This document shows positions 51,441-64,000 of a stretch of DNA of 64,000 nt, one piece after another. Source of the stretch: Octopus vulgaris (taxonomy: Eukaryota); assembly GCA_951406725.2 (NCBI GenBank), contig OX597824.1, forward strand, positions 95,666,001 to 95,730,000, in the 5' to 3' direction. A program made the translations under genes and the position numbers. Under the pieces are notes generated by a model that did no database searches, was not told where the DNA came from, and worked only from the letters and a program-made list of their open reading frames with translations. Each line of letters starts with the position of its first letter. The stretch's first letter is position 1.

Positions 51441-51610
51441 AAGCACCCACTACACTCTCAGAGTGGTTGGCATTAGGAAGGGCATCCAGCTGTAGAAACA
51501 CTGCCAGATCAGACTGGAGTCTGGTGCAGCCTCCTGGCTTCTCAGACCCCGAATGAACCGTCCAACTCATGCTAGCATAGAAAACGGACATTAAACGATG
51601 ATGATGATGA
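51441..51610 (+). mobile_element. Family A copy, 5' truncated
   Basis: Core match. Confidence 0.85.
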
Positions 51611-52679
51611 ATTATTTTCACTCAAATTATGGCTTTCATTAAAGACTGCTTTTAATTTTGGAAAATTTGTTCAGTAGAGTCGAATTATTACTAAAATGTC
51701 ACTAGATTTGGACTGGTGTCTACAATTCAGTTCTGCTTTCTGAAGATATTTAAATTTAACTTGCTTTCTGTTCTTAGATTTTTTAAATTTTCTTTTCATA
51801 TAATTATTTGAAACTAACCACAAATTCTGGTTGTCTACAGGAATTTTCATTTGCAAATAATCTGGAAGACATTGAAGAACTGACCAAATCAAGAGTTCAG
51901 TCAAGAATACATGCAACTTGATGATGCACAGCCCTCAAAAACCTCCAAGTATTGGGACAGAATAGTTTGATGAGGAGCCACAAAGTAAGGTTGGATAAAT
52001 TAGTTATAAATCAAAGCACAATGCCAACAAGTTTTAGGGGCTTAGTCAATTATATAAACCCAGTACTTAACTGTTACTTTATTTTATTGACCACAAAAGG
52101 AAGAAAGCAAACTTGACCTTAGTGGGATTTGAACTTGGAACGCAAAGAACTGAAAGAAATGTCACTAAGCACTTTATCCAATGTGCTAGGGATTCTCTCA
52201 ACTTGCTGCAAACATTCAGAAGAGACTGTTGAAGACTTAAGTGGAAAAAAAGTTCCTTGCCAATAATGGTCAAGCAAGGGGCAGTCAGTTTTAAGAATCA
52301 GGCAAAAAGCTTCCACAAAAAATATGCACCCATCAGACAAATATAAGAAATAATTTATGATGGAATCAGTTTGATACCACAAGAGGGTGGAACCAAAGAC
52401 TTGTAGTCGTAACAGCTTAAGTGCCGTCAGGTTGAACTGGTGATAAATGTACAGACGAGTCAACATAGCAATGAAATACATGCACCGGATTCACAGTATG
52501 AATTCAAAATGGACTATTCATAGTATTTAAGGTGAGAATTTTGAGAGATAAAACATGGCAGAAAGACTGTCAATTTTAATATGTGATGAGGATGAAGTGA
52601 TAAACTGTGGATTATTTGATCAGATCAAGACGATATGGAAGGAAGTATTACTGAAGGTCATTTAATAAAAAAGGTTTTT

Positions 52680-52937
52680 GACTGGCTTCTGTTGCTGGTG
52701 GTATGTAAAAAGCACCAACCGATCGTGGCCGTTGCCAGCCTCGCCTGGCACCTGTGCCAGCGGCATGTAAAGAGCACCCACTACACTCAGAGTGGTTGGC
52801 ATTAGGAAGGGCATCCAGCTGTAGAAACATTGCTAGATCAGACTGGAGTCTGGTGCAGCCTCCTGGCTTCCCACACCCCGGTCAAACCGTCCAACCCATG
52901 CTAGCATGGAAAACGGACATTAAATGATGGTGATGAT
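52680..52937 (+). mobile_element. Family A copy
   Basis: Core match. Confidence 0.85.
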
Positions 52938-54421
52938 ATATATCTTCAGAGATTTAGAAAATATTTTGTAGGAGGAAGTAATTGAAATTATTAATTTCTA
53001 AGAAAAGGTTCTATTTATACCATGAGGAGACTTAAGCCTATTGTTTTATTGGCTACCAATGGCTGATTCCAGCAATGCCTCTTAATTTATTATTCCCTAA
53101 AAGCAAAAATGAGAATGGTCTGACATGATTTATTGAGGATAGAAAACTGAAGAGGTCAAATGACAAAGGAAAAGGTCTAAATAGTTATATTTTCATGTTT
53201 ATATAATACTAAAGGCACTATTTATCAAGTTGTTAACCATTCAACTTGATCTGAAATATTAAATTAATCACCTTTAATTTCCAGCAATTAACATAATATC
53301 AAAATATTATAATAAATTACAATATGAAGGAATGAAAGATGTAAGTATTGAAAAAAATAAACATTGACTATTTTTTTCTATCACATATATAAATCTTGTT
53401 TCACGTGTGTTTGATAGATCTGCAAATATGAATTAACACAGTTGGGTAGTGGCTTGTCCCCAGCTACATCTTACAATTTGGGAGATTAAACAGGATTCTA
53501 AATAGCCTTAATATGATTAGTGTGTATATTACAAACACACACACAGAGTTACTGTGAAAAGCAGTAAATGAGGAACTCGAATGATTGTGTTCAATTTCAA
53601 GTAAATGATTTTAGGTAAATGAAAAAGTGTTGCAACTGTTGAATATTTCACCCTATCTCTCTCTAGACACACAGATGTTTTTGAAATTGAAAACCACTTC
53701 AAAAGCTACTCAACAGGCATGGGTAGTGTATATAATGTATATAACATTTTACAAACTCATCCTTTGAAGTATTTTCAATTTCAGACATGCAGTCTCCACA
53801 ACATACTGAGTACAAATACACACACACACACACACAAATCGTTCAACAAAGTCCCAGCTGACAATTTTCATTTATAAATTTAGAAAATTCTTTTCTTTTT
53901 AAGACATGATAAAAGTATTTACCTATCTTTTGACAAAATGTATTCAACATACCATTTCAGCTAAATACGTTTAACATTAATTATTAACAATACTCTTGTT
54001 CTTAAATTCCTAATCCTTTGAACGCTGCCATTCTTGAAACATGAACGCCAAAGATGAAAATCTTTCATCAAATGTCAAGACACACATTCATACACTGACT
54101 ATTTTATATGAATGATCTCACTATGATAGGCAATCTTGATTCCAAACCTTCACCAGATCTTTCATTACTGCTGTCAACAACTACTTCACCACGCCTCTAT
54201 TTAGTAAACACTTGCATTGTTCATACAAATAAGGAACCCTTTTATCTGCTGACAAAGAAGTTCTCTGGTCTTTCATGAACTTTAATCAGCTGTCATTGCC
54301 CTTACTTGCACAGTCTAGTTCAGTTAATTGCACTAATGTGTTGGATTCCTTTAACCATTTCGTTACCAACCCAGCTGAAACCAGCTCTGGCACTGAGTAC
54401 AAATGTCTTGTTTTCGTAAGT

Positions 54422-54521
54422 NNNNNNNNNNNNNNNNNNNNNNNNNNNNNNNNNNNNNNNNNNNNNNNNNNNNNNNNNNNNNNNNNNNNNNNNNNNNNNN
54501 NNNNNNNNNNNNNNNNNNNNN
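54422..54521. other. Assembly gap (100 N)
   Basis: N run, apparently inside a TTAA-bounded repeat starting at about 54351. Confidence 0.99.
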
Positions 54522-55255
54522 GTTAAAGAATATACTGTAGATAAATGGAGTGTTAGAAATATTTATATTAATGATTTTCTTTTTGTGATTGCTATGAAAT
54601 GGTTTTGTAAATGGAGGGAATTTATTTAATTATAAAGAGAAACTAGGCAGAGGGATAAATTCATTTGTGAGAGGAGAATATTTATTATTTTCAGTTACAC
54701 ATCAACATAACTTCAATCAGAACAAGTGTATATAATGACGACGGGTAGCCAGTGTAGTCAACTGTATCCATAGGTGTGTATAAAATGAAATATACAAGAG
54801 AAAACTAATATATATGACATCTATATATGGCTAGCATCCATATATAGGCGACGATAGAATGCAATTCAACAAGGGTAGTTTAGAGAAGAAGCAACAACTC
54901 GCACACACATACACAAGCAATTCTCTATTAATGGGGTTGAGTGCAGGCAAGACATTGTGTGTTACACGCCCCAGAAGCTTGTTCATCTATAACAATTTAC
55001 AAGCAGACATTTTTGCACTCAATCAATAATATTATTATTATTATTATTATAGGGATTTCATATTTGCAACAGTCTTCTGGGTTTCTTTTCTTTCTATTTT
55101 TTTTGGCTTTTTTTTAATTCCAATTGTAAGAAATGGGGTATAACGAAGAAATACACACAGAGATATCGAATATATATGTGAGAAAAAATGAAATACCGAA
55201 GATGTTGATAAATAAATGGATCCAAGTGGTTTAAAGAAGATATACAAAATATATA

Positions 55256-55293
<38 letters not shown>

Positions 55294-55468
55294 TATATAT
55301 TTTTATATATTATATATTAAAATTGCATGTTTATATTGAATGCATAATTATCAAATTTAAAAGATTGTTAAAAAACAGACAACTGATGATTGAAGGTGAT
55401 AATCCGTTGGGATTTGATTTATATCGTATCTATTATTGTAGTTTTAAGCACATAAAATTACTGCTTAC

Positions 55469-55760
55469 CCGTATGGATGGATCTTGAGAGATATATATAT
55501 ATTTTTAACGGGCAAATCAGTAAGGTAAAATCTCTCGAGGACAACAAGTTTTTGGGATGATGATGATGATAAAAAACTACAACCTATTCAACCCAGCTTA
55601 ATTGAGCGGCGAGCAGCGGATGCTAAAAGATTGCGGGAACCTGACCTGAGCCGAAACACTGCGACGAACGAAACAGATTCATCCGCTTCTCTTTCATTGA
55701 CCTTCACTAAATCGTCGTCATACGCTTAGCACCGAATACGAAGCTCGCAAAATCACGAGC
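55469..55760 (-). other. Probable non-coding 5' exon of beta-spectrin (5' end uncertain)
   Basis: Coding exon 1 has an acceptor, so an upstream exon is needed. CGG|GTAAGC donor at 55468, with a locally CpG-rich block at 55600-55760. Confidence 0.5.
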
Positions 55761-56200
55761 TGTGTAGTGAGTGGAAATTATTTTCTTTTAACAAATCCTA
55801 TCTTTTATTGCATTAAGAAAGTTCTATTTAATCACCGATTAATCTAAGATTTTTACCCATATTCTTAGTCATGTTTTAGTGAAAGACACTAACTTCACAG
55901 CCTCTACATTTTACGTGTGTTACTCCCCTTCATTTAGGGCTTACTACTACTACTCCTCACATTTAATCATATACGTACTTTTACTCGTGTCTCTCACTCG
56001 CTCTCTTTTTTCCCTCTGTCTTTAAGTTATTCTCTGTCTCTTTTTGCCGCGCCCTTGTTACTCTGCTCGTTGCTACTCTCATTATACTGCTTGCTCATTC
56101 TTCTTTCACTCTCTCTCTCTCTCTCTCTTTACTACACGTTGCTTCTCTGCTCGCTTCTGATTGTGAATTGGCTACTGGCGGAGTGATACATACTTGTAAC
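55760..56200 (-). promoter_or_regulatory. Putative promoter region with CT/GA tracts
   Basis: Repeat-free, CpG retained, long pyrimidine/(CT)n tracts directly upstream of the CpG-rich block. Confidence 0.35.
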
Positions 56201-56827
56201 TCTCTCTAGAATTACATGATGTCATGAAATTATGGGATGTTATTCAGAAATCCTACGTGTGGTTAAATACCTGAAGAAAAAAAAATCACTTTTGCATCTT
56301 ATCAAGGACCACTTGTAAATAAGCTTGTCAACAAACAATACTTCTTAGAATTTAAATTCGCCAAATTTTATGAATGAAACGAAATATGCAGTGAACGATC
56401 ACCACTTTGTCTAATTTCCAAAGCATTCGTTCCCGATGTGTTTCGTTCCCATATTATTTTCATAAAATTAAGAGCGTTCAAAATAGTTTGTCATTCTTTC
56501 AAAATAAACATTCTCCCGTAAAGAGACAGAAGGCCTTAACCTTCAAGTTATACAAACCTTATTTCAAACTATTATGAGCTTTCATAATTTGCTTGGAGTT
56601 GGGTTACAACTTAAACAGAGTCAACAGATCGTTTCACTTTTTATGTAGAGCAATGTGAATTACTTGGAATTTTATGCTATTTTCCCACAATATAAGCAGT
56701 TGCTATAACTGAAGAATGGCATTTTTAATATATCAGTGATTATTATAAAATACACTTAGGATTCTTTAAAGTTTAAAAGAGATAAAAGATCGTTGCTGTG
56801 AAACGGAAATATGAATCAGTATAAATT

Positions 56828-57297
56828 AGCGTTTCTTAACCTTGGGGAACCTTGAAATATATTCTGTATCTCAAGAGAACCCCTACATAACAATTACTGT
56901 ATATACTTATTAATCCTTTCCTTCCTTTTTCATTAAGTTAAATTTCATTAGGGATTAAACAACTCACAAATCAGCGAAAGGTCTGGCAGTGCTAAAACCC
57001 ACCAGACGCCACAAAGGGTTAAGAAATAGCGTCTTAATGAGGACCTTAATTATATCAAATTTCTTAACAGGTTCCCATAAAGGGGTCATTTTCCATAGGG
57101 TCTCCTCAATACATACAGTTGCTAGTGTTTCAAATATGTTGTGTTTGTATAATAAAATTATGAATATAGAATTACTCACAAAAATGTATATGCATAGAAT
57201 TAACCTAAATATCTTTATAGCTCGCAGAAACCCTAGTGACCTCTCGCAGAAACCCTAGGGTTCGACGGTGGGGGGAACTCTAGCAGGAAACCGCTGG
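56828..57297. mobile_element. Possible hAT-type MITE
   Basis: Termini tagcgtttcttaa / ggaaaccgctg with aaccctagggtt subterminal motifs. Confidence 0.4.
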
Positions 57298-57833
57298 TAT
57301 GTACAATACCTAACCATTTAATAATGTAATAATGCTTTTTGTTTCCTTAGTTTCATGCAACTCACTCTGTATCTGTTTTAGGTGAGGTGTTTGTGAATAA
57401 TGATTTCTAAATTTACCAGAAGGTTACAAATTTTTTTTGGAGAAGTCGGTCGATCTCCGTACTTAATTGGTACTCAATTCAAAGTGTAAAGATATGTCAA
57501 GGCATTTTATCCGTTACTTAACCAATTCTGTCTGTCTTTCGTCCTAAAGAATTATATTAATGTCCTACAGTGCACATCTGATGGATGTCCAGATAATGAT
57601 ACAACTGTCTCTCCAATACCGTTACAATCCATACAACTGGAACATGCAGTAGACGCAGGCGTGGCCGTGGTGTGAAGCTTGCTTCCCAACCACATGGTTC
57701 CGGGTTCAGTCCCACTGCATGGCACCTTGGGTAAGTGTCTTCTATTACAGCCTCGAGCCGACCAAAACCTTATGAGTCGATATGGTAGACGGAAACTGAA
57801 AGAAGCCCCTCGTATGTGTGTGTATATAAATAT

Positions 57834-57954
57834 AACGTGAAGTATATTTGCCACTTAAATGTGGCTAACTCTTAAGAGTGGATACTATTGTTGCTTGTAG
57901 CCCCAGGAGGTGTCCTCCTGGGGCTACATTTAAGTGGCAAATATACTTCACGTT
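57834..57954. mobile_element. Foldback/MITE-like element
   Basis: Perfect 29-bp inverted repeat (57834-57862 / 57926-57954). Confidence 0.65.
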
Positions 57955-58002
57955 GTCCTGCAGCTACTGTTTATACCTCGCTCAGAGATTTATTATTGCT
58001 TA

Positions 58003-58064
<62 letters not shown>

Positions 58065-58070
58065 TGTGTG

Positions 58071-58137
<67 letters not shown>

Positions 58138-58153
58138 TCATCATCATCATCAT
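58003..58153. repeat. (CT)n(TA)n(CAT)n microsatellite
   Basis: Seen directly. Confidence 0.95.
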
Positions 58154-58298
58154 CGTTTAACGTCCGCTTTCCATGCTAGCATGGGTTGGACGGTTCAACT
58201 GGGGTCTGGGAAGCCCGAAGGCTGCACCAGGCCAGTCAGATGTGGCAGTGTTTCTACAGCTGGATGCCCTTCCTAACGCCAACCACTCCGAGAGTGTA
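58134..58298 (-). mobile_element. Family A copy embedded in (TA)n
   Basis: Nearly identical to 29645-29807. Confidence 0.88.
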
Positions 58299-58301
58299 GA
58301 A

Positions 58302-58349
<48 letters not shown>

Positions 58350-58797
58350 TATTTTTGTTTTTAAGAGATCACGCGCCAACAGGTTTTTGGGATCTGACGA
58401 TACGCCATAAAACTTTATGGTCGGGAAACCTAAGGTAATTCCATAAACCGGCCTTCCTTATTTTTAATATACATATGCGTGTCTGAGTGTGTGTGTTTCT
58501 TGCCACCATCTCTTGACAATAGGTGTTGGTGTGTTTACATCCCCATAACGTAGCAGTTCGGCAAGAGGGAAGAGACTGCATCAGAAAGACTGGCCGTCCT
58601 CTTCAGGACCACCGTACTGTTGTCAAGAAGATGTAGTCCCTACCATTGATCCCTGTTTGCGCGTGCACAAATGGTTTGCACCGTAATGAGTAGAAAAGAA
58701 AATAATGAACAAACACACATAAAAAAACAATGTTGTGTGTAGTGAAGGTTAGTGACCTAAAATAATGTAATAATCAATAATTATTCTATTTATGTAA

Positions 58798-59016
58798 ACG
58801 AGAGAGTGCTGAAAAGTTTCTGGCTTTAAGGGTGTCGTGAAAGGTCTGGTCGGAAGCCCAACCTTTCCAGTTCTTTTACAGGGCTTAGAAAAACTGAAGG
58901 GCCACTGAAGTAAGTGTGTGAATCTGAGAGGGGAATATGTTCAATAAAATCATAATTAACTGATCCTCCTGTATTTTCTTTTACCCAAAGCCAACAACTT
59001 TTCAACACCCCTTCGT
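58798..59016 (+). mobile_element. Mariner-derived MITE
   Basis: About 30-nt imperfect TIRs (acgagagagtgctgaaaagtttctggcttt / aaagccaacaacttttcaacaccccttcgt) and transposase C-terminus KCVNLRGEYVQ*. Confidence 0.8.
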
Positions 59017-60339
59017 TTTCAGTGCCAAGATTTTGAAAGACTTTACTCTACAGGAGATTTTTACAGATGATTGCTAATAAAATTTAGAGAGAACATTGTC
59101 TACCATCTGAATCTATTGATTGGTGCAGTGTACCACAATTAAAAGGAGCTCAAGAAAACCCCACCGAGTGTCCCTGAACTGAAATCTCAGTTCACTAAGA
59201 TACAAACTCACACACGGGTACCAGTGAGTAGAGATGTCCGCCATTATAAAGAGCGGCTGCATTATAATTTGCAAGTGCTTTATCATCTCGCTGTACCAAG
59301 TCAGTTCTTCTTACATAGTATATCACTGATATTCTTAAATCTTTCCTGAAACTCTCTGTGTGCGAATTTATAGTAGACGATCTTTGTATCGAATAACGAC
59401 AAATCCAGTAGTTTATGCGCTAATAAATGCCTCTTGTGCAAACACAAGATTGGAGGAAGTTAGTCGATGAAATAGATCTCAGTACTTCCTCGGCGAGATT
59501 TGAACTCAGAACGCAAAGTGCCAGAACAAATACCATAATTTTTTTGTTCCAGGCCTGCTGATTGAAGCCTTTATACGTAGTTTCAAATTTGGGCGCAAGG
59601 CCAGCAATTTTGAAAGGAAGTGGGTACGTCGATTGGTACTTAGGAATTACACAAGTGGACCGCGGCCGAATTTGAGCTCACAGCGTTAAAAAGCCGGAAG
59701 AAATAGTGCTAGAAATTCTGCCACTCGACTGCTCTTCTTACACGTAAATGAATAACAAATAAAGTACAGTTACAAATGAAACCTTTTCGTACAACATATA
59801 CAGCAACTATCGCTTCATTCACTTTCAGTTTTTCTGAATAAGGTCAGGTTACTCTTTCAAATTTAGAATGTTGTGAAAACTTGTCGGTGGAAGTGAAAAG
59901 TGAATGTGTTTCTTTGGCATGACTCACTACAGAACAGCCTATTATTTCAGATAAGGAAACGGATGTTGACTGTTGGCTAAACAATATTTCACTTCACATG
60001 CACTGCTGTACTATAAATTCTACAACTAACACATGACCATAGGTTCACACACGTATCCTCTTCTACATATTCAAAACAGTAAAAAAAAAAAAATGTAAAA
60101 CAGCCCTCAAAACAAATATATGTTCATTGCTACTGTATACTGCATACAGCTCATGGCGGTTGTGACGACGACAATACTTCTGATGGTAACTGTGATGATA
60201 GCTGCAATGACAAACAGGCAATGATGGTAAGAATGATGAAGACAGTTAACAGTGAGAGGGAAAAGGATGCTGAAGATAACCATGCTGTTAGTGAGAATGT
60301 CAAAATACAGATTTCCAGTCTGAATCTCCGAGATAATGA

Positions 60340-60500
60340 TGTGGAGGCGCAATGGCCCAGTAGTTAGGGCATCGGACTCGCGGTTTCGATTCCCAGTGTT
60401 TATTGAGCGAAAACACCTAAAGCTCCACGAGGCTCCGGCAGGTGGTATGGCGATCCCTGCTGTACTCTTTCGATCTCACCGGTCTGGCACGACCCCCAAA
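60340..60500 (+). mobile_element. tRNA-headed SINE fragment
   Basis: tggcccagtagttagggc..gtttcgattccc A/B-box-like head. Confidence 0.5.
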
Positions 60501-60513
60501 GCTCATCTTCGCT

Positions 60514-60612
60514 CTTCTTCTTCTACTACTGCCGCTGCTGCTGCTACTACTACTACTACTACTACTACTACGACGACGACGACGACGACCGCTGCCTCCA
60601 CCACCACCATCA
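60514..60612. repeat. Mixed trinucleotide run (CTT/GCT/ACT/ACG/ACC)
   Basis: Seen directly. Confidence 0.93.
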
Positions 60613-61562
60613 CAAACCACCCCGACGATGAAGACGGCAGCGGCGACGCTGTAGATGTAGGCGTAGCGTCAGCTGAATTAAGAGAAGAATGGCTGGTTAA
60701 CCTTGAAGAATAAAGAGTCACAAGTTGGTTAAATTTGATCATCTAAATCCATCGATGCTGTTACTATCCTCCCACGCAACTCGAGAGTGGAACTGAGAAG
60801 CGTGATGCGGAGAAGCAAACGCCAGATAGCATCCTTTCGTCGTTTCAGCTTTCCTTGCTCTTTCGACTCAATCAGCAAAGACATTGATTTCGTCCGTTTA
60901 CCAAACATCGGCTGAGAAGAGAAAGAACAGGAGTCAACCACTTACAGCAGCGAGTCTTGTCTGTCTTCTAATACAATTCCATTCACATCGAGGATGGATT
61001 AGAGTAGATGTTCTCAACCAGTGCCCTGAAGGTCCATATAAAACTTTTTGCGGGGGTCCATGCAATAATATAGTAAGTTGGGGACCCAATGTTAATATTT
61101 TAAGGGCCCCTAAAAAAATTTGCTTTAGATGTATGTATTGGTAAGTATTACAAGTAACATCAGTTGAAGTAATGCCTCTCATTCTTTTTAAAACGTTGGG
61201 GTGCTATTTCTAGCAGGTCATGTGAGCACATAGAGGCTTCATCGTTAGATTTGGAATTTCGTAAAAGTGCTCTCTCATACATATTTCTGTATTTTCAAAT
61301 ATTCACTGCCTTAGTACATTTATTGCCTTCTAATCTTGAGTAGACAACTTCTGCTGCCAAACAAATTATAAACAGATGTAGATATGGACGAAGGGAAAGC
61401 CTTATCTTGGGAAATATCCAAAACTTGCTTCGTTTTTTCCGAATATGGACCGAAATGTGCAGAATTATTTACGTCAAGATTTTATTTGTTATAATAACAA
61501 ATATATTTACTCGTGGTAGTGTGCATACGAAATGAATGTTTGCCTGTCTGTCAGTCTGTTTA

Positions 61563-61808
<246 letters not shown>

Positions 61809-61814
61809 TTTACA

Positions 61815-62222
61815 CTTTTACTTGTTTCAGTCATTTGACTGTAGCCATGCTGGAGCACCGCCTTTAGTCGAGCAATTCGACCCCAGGACTTATTCTTTGT
61901 AAGCCTAGTACTTATTCTATCGGTCTCTTTCGCCGAACCGCTAAGTTACGGGAACGTAAACACACCAGCATCGGTTGTCAAACAATGCTGGGGGGACAAA
62001 CACAGACACACACACATACACACACACAGATACACACATATATATATATATATACATATATACGACGGGCTTCTTTCAGTTTCTGTCTACCAAATCCACT
62101 CACAGGGCTTTGATCGGCCCGAGGCAGTAGTAGAAGACACTTACCCGAGGTGTCACGCAGTGGGACTGAACCCTGAACCATGTGGTTCGTAAGCAAGCTA
62201 CTTACCACTCAGCCACTCCTAC
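61815..62222 (-). mobile_element. Near full-length tRNA-derived SINE family B
   Basis: A-box/B-box-like head (ggctgagtggtaag..ggttcagtccc), central microsatellite, 3' tail. Decayed copies lie near 2070-2208, 4018-4095, 4950-5135, 20385-20560, 28860-28965, 32670-32830, 37135-37480, 47160-47297 and 48830-49200. Confidence 0.85.
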
Positions 62223-62614
62223 GTCTGTTTTATTTTATCTTTCATCTTTTAAGTTTCAGCCGATGAACTGCGGCCATGCTGGGGCACCACCTTGAAGTGT
62301 TCGGTCGAGTGAACTGACCCCAGTACTTACCTTTAAGTCTGGAACTTATTTTATCAGTCTCTTTTTGATTTTGCCGAGCCGCTAAGTTATAGGGGCCTAA
62401 ACAAACCAACACCGGTTGTTAAGCAGTGGAGATGGTGGGGCCAACGCCAGCACACATTCATGTATACATACATATATAGACATAAACATGCATGTATTTG
62501 TGTTTGTGTGTGTGTGTGTGTTATCGACCCTACGATTTGATCGTTATTTTATTTTATCGGCTCTATTTTATGGATATACAAAATAGTTTCTGGAAATTTA
62601 TATAGGAATATTTT

Positions 62615-62691
62615 ATCATCATCATCATCATCGCCATCACCACCATCATCATCATCATCATCATCATCATAACCATCATCATCATCATCAT
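62615..62691. repeat. (CAT)n microsatellite
   Basis: Seen directly. Confidence 0.95.
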
Positions 62692-63779
62692 TCGCGAAGT
62701 GCAGAGAAGAACGGAGAATGCTTGATCATAAATATTTGAGAGACGTGTGAGAAGCAAACAAAAGCGAGAGAGCGAAGCAGAACGTAATGAAACAAACAAA
62801 CCAGTTGCTAACTGATTGCACCACTCGTAGTTACATTCGCACTTGGTCTGGTGTGATTGATGCAGGGATAAAAAGAGAGAGAGAAGGAAGAATGAAAGCT
62901 GGCTATAACATGAGTCATATGAACCTGGAAATCCCCTGATTACATCAATACTACTCAGAATCATTTGTGAGGACGTAAATGTCGGGAGGAGTCGAAAGCG
63001 TAATGATCTCTGGTCGGGCAGCTGATGAAGAGAATGCTGAGCAAGGCAAATTGTACGTAAAATATAAACTGTATGTATGTATTAATGAATGTATGCAATT
63101 TTATGGACCCATTGCAGCTGATCTTATGAATCGGTTAAGTAATGTACCACGCGCTCTTCAGAGATGGTACGTATGGAAATGAAAGAAAAAAAGGAAAAAA
63201 AAAAACATGCTATCTTCTAACAGCCGGTTTTAACACCCAGTGCGAAACTGATTACTAAGATGGGCTGTAATGGAGCTATAATATTGTACAGTTTGTTTTA
63301 TATACTCATGGATTCTTTGACGAATGTGTATGTGTGTGTGTGTGTATGCGTGTATGAATATATAAACAGATGTGTATAGATATATATATATACATACATG
63401 TATATATGCATATATACATATTGTGTGTGTGTGTGTATGCATGTATATTATGTCATAGAGCAAACAAAACAGGCATATTGTGTAACACTAGGAAAATACG
63501 AAGAAGAACATGAAATGATGGCCACGAGAATGAAAAAATATTACAGGAAAACTAATATAAATCTTTGAAAATGCCTAAGTAAATATAATGAATGTTTAGT
63601 TTTATATTTTTAAAGTTTACATATAAAGAAATTGGATCTAAGCATTCATTACTGTCAAATAGCAAAAGTAGCCACCCAAGTTGATACAACAGCGTTACAT
63701 GGAAGTAACTACAGTACGAAGACAAACATGGTGGAAAGAGGGTGATCCGGCAGACGACAATGAAAAGCTGAAATATATA

Positions 63780-64000
63780 TACAGGGTGTTCAAGAAGTCT
63801 CTCCGCAGTAAGTAAGTATTTCATTGCAAAGTTCATATTTATAAGATGGTATAAAGGCTACAAAGGAATATATTAGAGATTTTACAAGACTTTAAAAAAA
63901 CTTTATAAGAGATGTTGAAAGTGTCGTCCTTTATTTTCAATACATAGGTTGACTCTTCTACACATGTTTTGAAATACATCTTGGATGGAAAAAAAATCAC
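63780..64000 (-). mobile_element. End of a Tc1/mariner-superfamily transposon, running off the window
   Basis: TA-cagggtgttc terminus; minus-strand RRVNLCIENKGRHFQHLL* is a typical transposase C-terminus. Confidence 0.7.

Larger units (their letters stand above)
57655..58575 (+). mobile_element. Family B SINE split by nested insertions
   Basis: Head at 57655-57815 and 3' part at about 58478-58575, separated by a foldback element, (TA)n and a family A copy. Confidence 0.7.

Noticed and set aside
62150-62222. tRNA genes at SINE heads
   Set aside because: A/B-box-like motifs only, with no complete cloverleaf; they continue into SINE bodies

Overview
AT-rich eukaryotic genomic DNA, most likely octopod cephalopod judged from the SINE families and microsatellites. 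It is dominated by one minus-strand gene, beta-spectrin (non-erythroid/invertebrate type). I traced 30 coding exons by hand (47943 down to 475; 4997 nt, about 1665 codons). All have GT-AG boundaries and consistent phases. They encode the two CH domains and spectrin repeats 1-13; the gene continues past position 1. A probable non-coding first exon and CpG-rich promoter lies near 55.5-56.2 kb. Introns and the upstream region carry several SINE families, decayed RTE LINEs, mariner/Tc1 and hAT-type MITEs, Penelope-like fragments, microsatellites and one 100-N gap. The most interesting signals cluster around spectrin repeat 9. These are a candidate internal first exon ([14 protein letters not shown]) that would give an N-terminally truncated beta-spectrin, a candidate 24-nt in-frame microexon (SAIGLDKQ) with stop-first alternative acceptors, a 6.7-kb SINE-poor intron, and near-perfect intronic hairpins. 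These are sequence-based hypotheses that need RNA data. Repeat coordinates are approximate.
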